From assembly GCF_001194135.2 (NCBI RefSeq), contig NC_068981.1, positions 73,186,016 to 73,222,708 of the forward strand: a stretch of DNA of 36,693 bases. Reading direction: 5' to 3'. A program made the position numbers and the translations under genes. This stretch comes from Octopus bimaculoides (Eukaryota). Of the stretch, positions 12,069 through 24,030 are shown in pieces; the first letter of the stretch is position 1, and each line of letters begins with the position of its first letter. A model generated the notes under the pieces. It searched no databases and was not told the origin of the DNA. It saw nothing but the letters and a program-made list of their open reading frames with translations.

Positions 12069-13227
12069 CACCCTCTAACTACAATTATGGTTTGGTCTGA
12101 AAGAAGATGTATCCATGGCTTTGTCAGATCCTTTGAGACAACAGTTGCAAGTCGACGATTTCAGAAAAAAACATACCAGCAAGAAAATTCAATATGTGCA
12201 ACATTCTAGTCAGTGGAGGTACTAGGGAAGTCATAATATAAGTGACAAGAGGAGGAGTGACGAGTGAATCGTATGTGTTTGAGTGGTTGTAACAAGAGAC
12301 AAACTACATTCGAGGAGCAGGAGGCTACTGTAGTAGTGAAAGAAAAGACAGTGTGAGGAATTGCTGCTTCTGACGCTGTACTGGTGGACGATATCTTGAA
12401 AGTCTTTCCAGTGTATTTCCAGAAAAGGGTGCAATAATCCACATTGAGTTTTCACCTCAGCTTCGTAGAGGGTTAGTAGTTGTTCGGACTTGAAGCATTT
12501 TCTGGATTGAAGAACAAAGCCAATTATTATGATACAGTTTTTGTTATGAGGAGGATATGTGTTCACCAGGAGAGATCTTCAAGGATGGTGAGTGATTGTA
12601 GTGATTGCAGTTTTGTGCTGCTGAAATAGACAGAACTGGTATCTTTTTAAGATCTCTGACCATAAAGTCAGTACAGGTTTGTTATGAACATAAATATAGA
12701 TTACATTCGGGTGCGGAAGTCTAAGATGAATGAGAGATGGTTCATTTGTGCAAGACTAAGCGCTTTTTAAAGGTGACGGTGACTAACTAAATGAGGTAGA
12801 GGGTTTTAGGGATACAAAATCGATCATTATGGCACACCAGAGTTGTTTAGTGCACATCGCATTGGTATGAGCCGACAGGAAGTTATCTTTCCCCCAAAAA
12901 TAGAGACTGTTGGAGCCTACTGGTGAGCAGTTTTAACAGAATATCAAGAAAATTGTATGCTAGACACGTTCGAATGCCTTGCTGATATAAAGTGTCAAAA
13001 CAGAATTATCGCCAAATCTCTCGATGGCTCGTTGGTGTAGTACGTAGGATATTAAATCTCTAGTAGATTTGGCTTTATGAAAACCATAAGAGAAAAGGAT
13101 ACGAGAGAAATTCATTGCTGTGCATGGTCTCCGTCACTTTTAAGATATTGGGAATGATGGTAATAGAATGTTTGTCCTTAAGAATGGAAGAGACTGCAGA
13201 AAGTTCAAAAGATGGAAATATGCCTCC

Positions 13228-13230
<3 letters not shown>

Positions 13231-13277
<47 letters not shown>
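13231..13277. repeat. (AC)n microsatellite abutting an assembly gap
   Basis: Read directly. Confidence 0.95.
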
Positions 13278-14146
13278 NNNNNNNNNNNNNNNNNNNNNNN
13301 NNNNNNNNNNNNNNNNNNNNNNNNNNNNNNNNNNNNNNNNNNNNNNNNNNNNNNNNNNNNNNNNNNNNNNNNNNNNNNNNNNNNNNNNNNNNNNNNNNNN
13401 NNNNNNNNNNNNNNNNNNNNNNNNNNNNNNNNNNNNNNNNNNNNNNNNNNNNNNNNNNNNNNNNNNNNNNNNNNNNNNNNNNNNNNNNNNNNNNNNNNNN
13501 NNNNNNNNNNNNNNNNNNNNNNNNNNNNNNNNNNNNNNNNNNNNNNNNNNNNNNNNNNNNNNNNNNNNNNNNNNNNNNNNNNNNNNNNNNNNNNNNNNNN
13601 NNNNNNNNNNNNNNNNNNNNNNNNNNNNNNNNNNNNNNNNNNNNNNNNNNNNNNNNNNNNNNNNNNNNNNNNNNNNNNNNNNNNNNNNNNNNNNNNNNNN
13701 NNNNNNNNNNNNNNNNNNNNNNNNNNNNNNNNNNNNNNNNNNNNNNNNNNNNNNNNNNNNNNNNNNNNNNNNNNNNNNNNNNNNNNNNNNNNNNNNNNNN
13801 NNNNNNNNNNNNNNNNNNNNNNNNNNNNNNNNNNNNNNNNNNNNNNNNNNNNNNNNNNNNNNNNNNNNNNNNNNNNNNNNNNNNNNNNNNNNNNNNNNNN
13901 NNNNNNNNNNNNNNNNNNNNNNNNNNNNNNNNNNNNNNNNNNNNNNNNNNNNNNNNNNNNNNNNNNNNNNNNNNNNNNNNNNNNNNNNNNNNNNNNNNNN
14001 NNNNNNNNNNNNNNNNNNNNNNNNNNNNNNNNNNNNNNNNNNNNNNNNNNNNNNNNNNNNNNNNNNNNNNNNNNNNNNNNNNNNNNNNNNNNNNNNNNNN
14101 NNNNNNNNNNNNNNNNNNNNNNNNNNNNNNNNNNNNNNNNNNNNNN
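13278..14146. other. Assembly gap (N run). Other gaps: 14720-14729, 16875-16960, 17661-18150, 20212-20485, 21951-22620, 23422-23948, 29526-30202, 30894-30903, 31327-31522
   Basis: N runs read directly. Most are flanked by microsatellites. Confidence 0.99.
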
Positions 14147-14228
14147 AGAATAATATTCAGCACTGAATATATTCTAATTATTTATCATATAATATAGGAT
14201 AAATTCTTATAAAGATTTTATCCTATAT

Positions 14229-14267
<39 letters not shown>

Positions 14268-14606
14268 GAGAGAGGGGGGAGAAGGAGGGTTGAAAAGTTT
14301 GACGTAGTACTTTGGCCTTATTAGTTTGAAGCGACTGAAGTTGCTTTTGTAATTGGCATGTAAGTGCATACGATGATAAGCTTGCCGGAGTGATAAAGAA
14401 TAAGCTTTGAATGAATTTACTTGGAAGTTGGATGCAAAGCAAACAGCAGATGTGCAGCATTTATCAATTGGTATTATTTGCTTTCTCTACTTTTTCCGTG
14501 AATGCTGCTTACATGGCTGGAAAGTGGAATAAAGGAAGGTTCTGAAAATTGGTAGATATTCTTTTGGCAAAGATGGCGAGAATTCTGAAGGAGTTGAATT
14601 TGGAAG

Positions 14607-14938
14607 TGCTATGTCTCAAGCTACTGCATTTCTAGCACCTTCGGATGATCTCTACTCGACTGCTACTCAACAGCTACTCAACACTATATCTTTATTTTGG
14701 CACTGCGGCCACTACACAGNNNNNNNNNNGGGGGGGGGGGGGGTACACTACAAGGACAGGCAAGACAATACAGCACGTGGGGTACAAAGAACGAATGATG
14801 AATGAAGTGAATTACTTACAATGAGGTGATGAAATGGCTTACGAGTCCCCCAAAACTCGCAGTTTCATTTAACAGTTCTCTCATACAGTATATGTCTTGG
14901 GCGATCCTACTTCTTTGCTTGGGGGCGTCGACACAACA
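14607..14938 (-). mobile_element. Solo LTR, long variant (same family as 921-1086), inserted in the minus-strand LINE
   Basis: On the minus strand it starts TGTTG and ends TAGCA. Perfect 5-bp TSD GGAAG (14602-14606 and 14939-14943). Both termini align to 921-1086. Confidence 0.87.
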
Positions 14939-15374
14939 GGAAGTGAGTAAGAGAACAAAGGTGTTTGAAAAATCTGTGTACCGTCATGGATGCGTATAGG
15001 AGTAGGTGATGTAAAGAGCCGAGGATTGCAACTCATTTTATACTGCTGTCACCAGTGGCAGCAGTATGGGATGAATGCAACTACCCAAATGAGTTTTAGC
15101 GTTGAAGTTACAGTGGAGGACTTCAGAGAAAGGTGACGGGAGGCAAATTTTCTCGATGCAAGAACAGTTGCTGGTGGTTAGAGGAGTTCTAAGACTAGTG
15201 GAACGAGCACATGTATTTTGGAGAAGAGAGTAGAGTAAGAAGATCTTGAGTCCGAGTAAGTGGAAATCTAATAACCAGATCGCTAATATTCAGGTAAAAG
15301 AATAGGTAACGGAGAGATTTGAATTAATATATGCACAGAAACCACGTGGATTATGTTTGGTAGTTCTTCCTGCT

Positions 15375-15470
15375 AGTTATGTTCAAATTCAGCCGAGATC
15401 AATTTCGCCATTTATTCTTTCGAGGGTCGTTAAAGTAAGTTAAACACTGGGGTTGATGTAATCGACTGTC
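15375..15470 (+). mobile_element. SINE family B fragment (head missing)
   Basis: GTTCAAATTCAGCCGAGATC..ACACTGGGGTTGATGTAATCGAC matches the body of the copies at 15495, 26476 and 35591. Confidence 0.7.
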
Positions 15471-15494
15471 GCACCCCGCCCCTTTGAAACTGGT

Positions 15495-15703
15495 AAGGCG
15501 ACGGGCTGGCAGAACTGCTATCGCATTGAACAAAATGCCGAGTGGCCTTTCTTCTGCCTCTTTACGTTTTGAGTTCAAATTCCGCCGAGGTCAGCTTTGC
15601 TTTTCCTCCGTTTGGAGTCAATAAAATAAACCACTGCTCAAACACTAGAGTCTGCCCCTCTCCTCAAAATTGTAGGCCTTGTACCTAAATTAGAAATTAT
15701 CAT
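15495..15703 (+). mobile_element. SINE family B
   Basis: AAGGCGACGGGCTGGCAGAA head and GAGTTCAAATTCCGCCGAGGTC B-box region. Followed by an (AGT)n tail and a CAG/CAA-rich tract to ~15820. Confidence 0.82.
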
Positions 15704-15704
<1 letters not shown>

Positions 15705-15754
<50 letters not shown>

Positions 15755-15755
15755 C
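15705..15755. repeat. (AGT)n microsatellite (SINE tail)
   Basis: Read directly. Confidence 0.95.
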
Positions 15756-15925
15756 AACAGCGGCAACAGCATCAGTAGCTGCAGCAACAACGGCAGCAGC
15801 AGCAACTGAGCAGCAACAAATATATCCTAATTTGAAGATAAAAGATATTCAATTTCCAAAAATAACACAACACCATGGTTGTAGTAGGAAGGTACCGGAG
15901 GATAATCATTGCTGTAGCTATTCTG

Positions 15926-16018
15926 ATTGGTGCAGTAGCTTGTTTACGTCACAAGACTTTGCTGATGTCATCAGTTGAGTTTGACGTCACGTGAATCGTA
16001 AGCGTTACTACACCCGCC
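15926..16018. promoter_or_regulatory. Candidate promoter/enhancer: CCAAT box, three CRE-like sites, E-box and GC-box
   Basis: ATTGG 15926-30, TTACGTCA 15944-51, TGATGTCA 15963-70, perfect TGACGTCA 15982-89 overlapping CACGTG 15988-93, CCCGCC 16013-18. The sequence is not recognised as a repeat. Motif clustering is the only evidence. Confidence 0.4.
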
Positions 16019-16369
16019 ACCAGTTTCTCTCCGTCTCAACAATTTCTCTGTTCATATCAACAAGTAGGCCTGTTTTATTATTGCTTCGTTTACAGGTTAA
16101 GCTCTCCATTCAATAGCCATCCCCATCTCTTCTTTCTCTCCACTCTCTCACTTTCTTTTTTCCTTGAAACAAATACATTATTTCATCATTCCGCTTATCG
16201 AACAGCTGCACACACACACATACAGTTCACACATACACTGGCAGTCTCTCACAGAAACACACACACACATAAAGGTAGTCTCTCTCTCTCTCTCACATTT
16301 ACACACATAGACACACATTTGTTAAATTCCCGCGCCTGTTCTCCACCCGATTTCTTCTTCTTGTGTTTC

Positions 16370-16555
16370 TTTCCTTCCTTCCTTCCTTCCTTCCTTCTTC
16401 CATTCATTGATTCATTCATTGAATAATCCTTTTCCTTTCTTCTATCTTTTCAAAGTCCTTTCACTTTTTCCTTCTTTATTTCTCTCTCTCTTTCTCCAAT
16501 ATGTGTGTGTGTGTGCGCACGCGTATGTGTGAACGTGCGCGTATGTGTGTGAATG

Positions 16556-16625
<70 letters not shown>

Positions 16626-16960
16626 ATCTATCTATCTAGCTATGTATGTATGTATGTATATAATTTTCTTTCTAGTTTCAGCTCATGAGCTGTGGTATGT
16701 ATTTATGTATGTATGTATGTATGTACGTATGTATGTATGTATGTATGTATACATGCATGTATGTACGTATGTATGTATGTTTGTATGTATGTATATATGC
16801 ATGCATGTATGTATGTATGTATGTATGTATGTATGTATGTATCTATCTATCTCTCCCTCTCTCTCTCTCTCCCTNNNNNNNNNNNNNNNNNNNNNNNNNN
16901 NNNNNNNNNNNNNNNNNNNNNNNNNNNNNNNNNNNNNNNNNNNNNNNNNNNNNNNNNNNN

Positions 16961-17047
<87 letters not shown>

Positions 17048-17327
17048 CTCTCTCTTTCTACCTGTCTCTTCCCACCTCTCTCAATTTAGCAATCGAGATA
17101 TCGCAATGTCCTTTTAGCTGTCTTCCATTTCAGTTCATATTCAGTCTCTTACGGTCTGTCATTCAATTTGTGACACGGAGGTGTACAAAGATATGCACAT
17201 AGCAACAAATACAAGCGCGCACACACACACGCACACACACACACACACACACATACACACACATTCAGGCACACTCTCTATTTCAATTTTCTTTCAATCT
17301 CGCCCCTCTATACCTTTCCTAATTATA

Positions 17328-17371
<44 letters not shown>

Positions 17372-17660
17372 CGCGTATGCACTATATATACATATATGCA
17401 TATATACATATATATGCATAAATATATAAGTTTCACGTTCTCGATCTATATTTCTATACATCCATCTGTATATGTATGTATGCATGTATGTATGCATGTA
17501 TGCATGTATGTATGTATGTGTATGCATGTATGTATGCATGTATGTATGTATGTATGTATGTATGCATGTATGCATGTATGTATGCATGTATGTATGTATG
17601 TATGTATGCATGTATGTATGTATGTATGCATGTATGTATGTATGTATGCATGTATGTATG
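16370..17660. repeat. Compound microsatellite field: (TTCC)n, (GT)n, (CTAT)n, (TATG)n, (CT)n, (AT)n, (CA)n, (GC)n
   Basis: Read directly. It explains the YVCM/HTYI/SLSL pseudo-ORFs. Confidence 0.95.
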
Positions 17661-18594
17661 NNNNNNNNNNNNNNNNNNNNNNNNNNNNNNNNNNNNNNNN
17701 NNNNNNNNNNNNNNNNNNNNNNNNNNNNNNNNNNNNNNNNNNNNNNNNNNNNNNNNNNNNNNNNNNNNNNNNNNNNNNNNNNNNNNNNNNNNNNNNNNNN
17801 NNNNNNNNNNNNNNNNNNNNNNNNNNNNNNNNNNNNNNNNNNNNNNNNNNNNNNNNNNNNNNNNNNNNNNNNNNNNNNNNNNNNNNNNNNNNNNNNNNNN
17901 NNNNNNNNNNNNNNNNNNNNNNNNNNNNNNNNNNNNNNNNNNNNNNNNNNNNNNNNNNNNNNNNNNNNNNNNNNNNNNNNNNNNNNNNNNNNNNNNNNNN
18001 NNNNNNNNNNNNNNNNNNNNNNNNNNNNNNNNNNNNNNNNNNNNNNNNNNNNNNNNNNNNNNNNNNNNNNNNNNNNNNNNNNNNNNNNNNNNNNNNNNNN
18101 NNNNNNNNNNNNNNNNNNNNNNNNNNNNNNNNNNNNNNNNNNNNNNNNNNNATACACACACACACACACACACATATACATATATGTATGCGTGTATTTA
18201 TGCATTATCTCACCTCTTTTCTGTTTGAGTCTGTCGAGCGAATGTCCTTTGTTAACCTCTTATTTTTTTCACCTTTTTCCAAAGATTTGTCATTGATGAT
18301 ATGTTCAACGGTCAACGTCTCATCTTGTCTTCCTATTTTGCCTTCTCTATCACGCTCTTCCTTCTGTCTTTCTCTCTTTCCCTCTCTCTCCCCCTCTCTC
18401 TCTCTAAACAGACATGCACACACACACACACACTCACACACTCATATATTAATATACGCATGTGTGTATATATATGTGTATATGAATACATGCATACATA
18501 CACGTTTAATTATACATACATTTATTCACACACATACGCACATTTATTTACATACATACATACATACATACACGTGTATGTACATATGTATATA

Positions 18595-18625
18595 CAGGGT
18601 GGGCCAAAAGCCACGAACCAAAACA
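18595..18625 (+). mobile_element. Solo Tc1/mariner-type TIR remnant
   Basis: TA|CAGGGTGGGCCAAAAG resembles the TIR at 36333 (CAGGGTTGGCCAAAAG). No partner end was found nearby. Confidence 0.45.
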
Positions 18626-18653
18626 CTTCACATTTTTATTTATATTATGTTAA

Positions 18654-18710
<57 letters not shown>

Positions 18711-18905
18711 TATTCAGATACCGCCGAGGTCGACTTTACTTTTCATCCGTTCGGAGTCAATAAATGAAGTATGAGCGAAACACTGGGGTCGAAATGTAAA
18801 CTCATGTGGTTAATAAAGAAATCATCATCCTCTTCATCATCATCATCATCATCATCATCATTATCGTCGTCGTTGTCGTCATCATCATCATCATCATCGT
18901 CATTA
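18654..18905. repeat. (ATT)n and (ATC/GTC)n microsatellites flanking a SINE family B fragment (18713-18800)
   Basis: Repeats read directly. CCGCCGAGGTCGACTTT..ACACTGGGGTCGA matches family B. Confidence 0.85.
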
Positions 18906-19110
18906 TTGCTGTGATTGATTTTGTTCACCATGTACAAGTACGTGTGTATTCATCAATATATTATTTATTTTATTCAATTTTAGAAAAACTGGAGCATGTC
19001 TTTGACAATTCCGGGACGTATTGAACCTATTTGGTGCGTGAGTTTTGGCCTATCCTATATGTGTGTGTGTGTGTGTGTGTGATGTATGCGTCTATATATT
19101 TATTTATGTA

Positions 19111-19328
19111 CGTGGGGCTGCTGGAAAGTTCTTTGCTTTAGGTAAAGGAAAATACAGGAGGATCAGTTATGATTTTATTCAACATATTCCCCTCTCAGAT
19201 TCACACACTTCTTATTCGTAGCAGCCCTTCAGTTTTTCTAAGCCCTGTAAAAGAACTCGGAAGATTGGGCCTCCAACCAGGTCTTTCACGATACTCTTAA
19301 AACAAGGTACCTTTCACCCCCCCCCGCG
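19111..19328 (-). mobile_element. Mariner-derived MITE-like deletion derivative
   Basis: TA at 19109-10 and 19329-30. Degenerate TIRs CGTGGGGCTGCTGGAAAGTTC / CGCGGGGGGGGGTGAAAGGTACC. The minus strand retains the mariner C-terminus KKCVNLRGEYVE*. Confidence 0.75.
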
Positions 19329-19810
19329 TATATACTTCCAGAATCCAATCTCTATTTACATATTTCAAAGCGTAAAGATTGGTGTTGTTCAATCCCATTC
19401 GATAAGGGATTCTCTCACTCCCCCACCCCCACCGGCTCTAATTCTTCAGTCTACCCTTCTCTCACTTTCTACGTATAGTGTTACTAACCGCCTTCACAGC
19501 TCCGAACATCTTTAAAAATATACCTTTATCATCGAACTCACCACCTTCGATATAAGTATTTTGATATCTCCTGCTTTAGCTTTCATCCACTATGCAACCA
19601 ATCCTTTCTTTTGAACTATTTATATTGAACTGTTTCTGTACGCCAACTCGCTTGTAATTCTTTCGTCTAAAAATATCTTTCCTCTTTCACTCTTTCCTGT
19701 CTCCTCTCACTCTACATTTCACACACATGCGCACGCGCAAGAATCCATGTATATATATATGTATAGGCATGTGTATATTAGTAGTATATATATACTAATG
19801 TATTCGTGTG

Positions 19811-19845
<35 letters not shown>

Positions 19846-19870
19846 GTATGTATTCGTATTTATATATGAA

Positions 19871-20188
19871 GGAGCACTCCGTCGGTTACGACGACTAGGA
19901 TCCCAGCTGGTACGATCAACGGAACAGCTTGCTCGTGAAATTAACGTGCAAGTGACTGAGCCATCCACAGACACGTGTACCCCTAACGTAGTTCTCAAGG
20001 TGATTCAGCGTGACACAGAATGTGACAAGTCTGGCTCGTTGAAATGCAGGTACAATTCATTTTTACCAGCTGAGTGAACTGGAGCAACGGAAAATAAGGT
20101 GTCTTGCTCAATGCGTCGCCGGGAATTGAAGTCAGGACTTTATAATCGTGAGTCGAATGCCCTAACCACTAAGTCACGCGCCTTCACC
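19871..20188 (-). mobile_element. tRNA-headed SINE family A
   Basis: Minus-strand head GGTGAAGGCGCGTGACTTAGTGGTTAGG. The 3' part GAGAACTACGTTA..CACGTTAATTTCACGAGC..GTCGTAACCGACGGAGTGC is shared with the copies at 27610 and 28403. Confidence 0.88.
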
Positions 20189-20489
20189 ATATATATATAT
20201 ATATATATATANNNNNNNNNNNNNNNNNNNNNNNNNNNNNNNNNNNNNNNNNNNNNNNNNNNNNNNNNNNNNNNNNNNNNNNNNNNNNNNNNNNNNNNNN
20301 NNNNNNNNNNNNNNNNNNNNNNNNNNNNNNNNNNNNNNNNNNNNNNNNNNNNNNNNNNNNNNNNNNNNNNNNNNNNNNNNNNNNNNNNNNNNNNNNNNNN
20401 NNNNNNNNNNNNNNNNNNNNNNNNNNNNNNNNNNNNNNNNNNNNNNNNNNNNNNNNNNNNNNNNNNNNNNNNNNNNNNNNNNNNNTATA

Positions 20490-20825
20490 TATATATATAT
20501 ATATATATTTACATACATATATTTAAATATATATATATATACATTTATATACGCTTGTATGTATACATATACGTACATATATATATATATATGCGTGTGT
20601 GTGTACGTTGTATGTGTATTTGTAGTTATGTATGCTCGCTTGAAGCACTCTATACATATATACATAGATATGTATACACACACATACACATACATATATA
20701 TGAATATATATGTATGCTTACACATGCATATACCTGCATAAATGTATATATACACATATGTAAACATATATGTACACACATACATACACAGGCATACATT
20801 CACAAACACACATTCAGACACATAG
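20490..20825. repeat. Degenerate (AT)/(AC)/(ACAT) microsatellite tract
   Basis: Read directly. Confidence 0.9.
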
Positions 20826-21899
20826 ATTGGATTGTGCAATCAAAAGAAAATAGAGTATAGCTGATATCTGAAGATGAGCATTTGATGTCGAAAAATCATT
20901 TGGTTTACGTCCCTTTTCGTAACAATCTGATGATACTGTCAGAATATCTCTTGTAAGGTAGCATTTTCTGACTACACACAATTCAACAAAGATACTTCGC
21001 ATATTTAGCCTTTAGGTGCATTATTCCTCCATAAACATTATTGCTTCTAGTATTTAACACAGCTGGAAATATAAAAAAGAAAGTATATCCACACAGTTCT
21101 CTCATCAGTAACTGATTGCAACTCTCGAAAGCATTCTGTGTTTCCAAAACGTTTAATGATTTATAGTGCAGCATTCACCCTGCCTGATGTTATTCAAAGA
21201 AACTGCGGGCATTACCACATATATATATATATATATTCAAGAAATCTTAAAACTGACATCTACACACCTTTAGGTCCAAAGGCTGAATAAACTGCTCTTC
21301 TTTCTCCCGTTTATTTGGAAGCTTGGAGGCAGAGGTTAAGACTTTCATGTAATATCTTGAAGCATCATCGACAGAACACCTCCACGCAAATGTTTTAAAT
21401 AAATGCTAGCTGCATTTGTCTGAGAAACTACATACACCAGAGCAGCCTGCTGTATACCGCAACAAGAAATTCATGGTGATTTTCGATTGTAATTACAGAC
21501 AAGAGAATAGTTTGGAACATCTTATCTGAGCAATACAGGAAGTACACCAGTTAATAACTACAACAAATCAGAGTAAAGAGAAAACTCTCTCGCTATTGGC
21601 AGTTAATCTTGAACTAGTTGTCGATTTTTAGCTTTTTACCACAGGATTTTAATAGCACTGTACAGTGCCTCACTCTTGATCCTAGCATACATCACGCGAC
21701 CTGTATAGACCAATATAAACCAAATTTACCAATGCCAATAAAGGCTTGCTTTTCAAGTCGCACGCGGCGAAAATGTCATTTATAGCAAATGTCAGACGTC
21801 AAACGAGGCGAACGAGAAAAGCCTGTTTCTTTCTTGTGTCTCAGTAATTCTGAGTAATGCCACTGTTATGTAGATAACTGTTCACCTGTATGGATTAAA

Positions 21900-21950
<51 letters not shown>

Positions 21951-22620
21951 NNNNNNNNNNNNNNNNNNNNNNNNNNNNNNNNNNNNNNNNNNNNNNNNNN
22001 NNNNNNNNNNNNNNNNNNNNNNNNNNNNNNNNNNNNNNNNNNNNNNNNNNNNNNNNNNNNNNNNNNNNNNNNNNNNNNNNNNNNNNNNNNNNNNNNNNNN
22101 NNNNNNNNNNNNNNNNNNNNNNNNNNNNNNNNNNNNNNNNNNNNNNNNNNNNNNNNNNNNNNNNNNNNNNNNNNNNNNNNNNNNNNNNNNNNNNNNNNNN
22201 NNNNNNNNNNNNNNNNNNNNNNNNNNNNNNNNNNNNNNNNNNNNNNNNNNNNNNNNNNNNNNNNNNNNNNNNNNNNNNNNNNNNNNNNNNNNNNNNNNNN
22301 NNNNNNNNNNNNNNNNNNNNNNNNNNNNNNNNNNNNNNNNNNNNNNNNNNNNNNNNNNNNNNNNNNNNNNNNNNNNNNNNNNNNNNNNNNNNNNNNNNNN
22401 NNNNNNNNNNNNNNNNNNNNNNNNNNNNNNNNNNNNNNNNNNNNNNNNNNNNNNNNNNNNNNNNNNNNNNNNNNNNNNNNNNNNNNNNNNNNNNNNNNNN
22501 NNNNNNNNNNNNNNNNNNNNNNNNNNNNNNNNNNNNNNNNNNNNNNNNNNNNNNNNNNNNNNNNNNNNNNNNNNNNNNNNNNNNNNNNNNNNNNNNNNNN
22601 NNNNNNNNNNNNNNNNNNNN

Positions 22621-23404
22621 GGTTGAAATCACCCGATTTCAACTCGAAAAATTGATCCAACCAAGCTTTCTATTCTGCATCAGTATTGAACGAAACTCCA
22701 CGCATAGCATTTGAAAGAGATCGAAAGAGGTGGAAATCTGTTGGTGCTAAATCAAGAGAGTACAGCAGGTGTGGCAGCATTTCCCAGCCATGCGTTTAAA
22801 TGGCTTCCTTGGTCATATTGGCGATATGAGGGCGAGCGTTGTCGGGCAGCAGAAGAACTCCATGCTGCTCCATACTTCTGAACCTTTCCCATCGAGTGAA
22901 GATGCTTATCTATAGCAGTGTGAGAGCATTCCATTTTCTCTGCCAATTCCCTTGTCGTTTGACTGGAATTTTCGTGCAAAAGTTGGTTTAATCGCTCTTC
23001 ATCGAACTCAACTGGACGGCCCGAACGAGGTGCGTCTTTGAGGTCAAAATTTCCAGTTTTGAACTTGGTATACCAATCACAAGCGGTTCTTTCAGCTATG
23101 GCATCCTCTTCATACACAGCACAAATGTCGTGAGCAGCTTTTGCGGCCTTAGAACCTTGATTAAAAGCAAAAAGAAGGAGGTGTCGAAAATGTTCGTTTT
23201 TCTTAACTTGACATTCCATTTTAATGATCTGAAAATAAACAAAAAATAACTAAAATTAACTAGAAAAAGAAAAAAACAAAAAATACAAAATAGATTCCAA
23301 AATGATTCAAATATAGAATTCTTGAAATAATAGATTTCAAAATTTAAAAACGCAATAAATTCCAAAATTTAAAAAAAACAGCGGGAACTTAGTTGCCAAC
23401 CCAA
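22621..23404 (-). mobile_element. Internally deleted mariner (Mos1/mauritiana-like), 3' end lost in the gap
   Basis: 5' TIR TTGGGTTGGCAACTAAGTT ends at 23404 next to TA. ATG at 23219 reads MECQVKKNEHFRHLLLFAFNQG...DAPRSGRP...TTRELAE (mariner HTH), fused at KYGA to frameshifted LLLPDNARPH, LPHLLYSLDLAPTDFHLFRSLSN and WLDQFFELKSGDF. Confidence 0.93.
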
Positions 23405-23948
23405 TATACATATATATGTATNNNNNNNNNNNNNNNNNNNNNNNNNNNNNNNNNNNNNNNNNNNNNNNNNNNNNNNNNNNNNNNNNNNNNNNNNNNNNNN
23501 NNNNNNNNNNNNNNNNNNNNNNNNNNNNNNNNNNNNNNNNNNNNNNNNNNNNNNNNNNNNNNNNNNNNNNNNNNNNNNNNNNNNNNNNNNNNNNNNNNNN
23601 NNNNNNNNNNNNNNNNNNNNNNNNNNNNNNNNNNNNNNNNNNNNNNNNNNNNNNNNNNNNNNNNNNNNNNNNNNNNNNNNNNNNNNNNNNNNNNNNNNNN
23701 NNNNNNNNNNNNNNNNNNNNNNNNNNNNNNNNNNNNNNNNNNNNNNNNNNNNNNNNNNNNNNNNNNNNNNNNNNNNNNNNNNNNNNNNNNNNNNNNNNNN
23801 NNNNNNNNNNNNNNNNNNNNNNNNNNNNNNNNNNNNNNNNNNNNNNNNNNNNNNNNNNNNNNNNNNNNNNNNNNNNNNNNNNNNNNNNNNNNNNNNNNNN
23901 NNNNNNNNNNNNNNNNNNNNNNNNNNNNNNNNNNNNNNNNNNNNNNNN

Positions 23949-23988
<40 letters not shown>

Positions 23989-23994
23989 CATACA

Positions 23995-24030
<36 letters not shown>

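Larger units (their letters stand above)
12100..15340 (-). mobile_element. Decayed CR1/Jockey-group LINE interrupted by a gap, microsatellites and a solo LTR
   Basis: Minus-strand motifs in order: FAKRISTNF..CFASNF (14350-14600), IIPNILKVTET, YGFHKAKSTRDL (~13050-13090), LYISKAFERV*H (~12960-12995), SGVP* (~12830), EQLLTLYEAEV, SHCLFFHYYS. Related to the LINE at 8170-10400. Confidence 0.75.

Noticed and set aside
15752-15820. CAG/CAA-rich tract as a polyQ exon
   Set aside because: It is continuous with the SINE (AGT)n tail, has no splice signals and is short.
19480-19660. Possible minus-strand CR1 3' remnant
   Set aside because: Similarity is too weak to distinguish from chance by eye.
20866-20900. 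CTGAAGATGAGCATTTGATGTCGAAA hammerhead-like word pair
   Set aside because: Stem II is imperfect, and stems I and III cannot be formed.
21440-21660. Possible RTE-type RT remnant
   Set aside because: Only vague motif echoes were seen, not enough to support a call.
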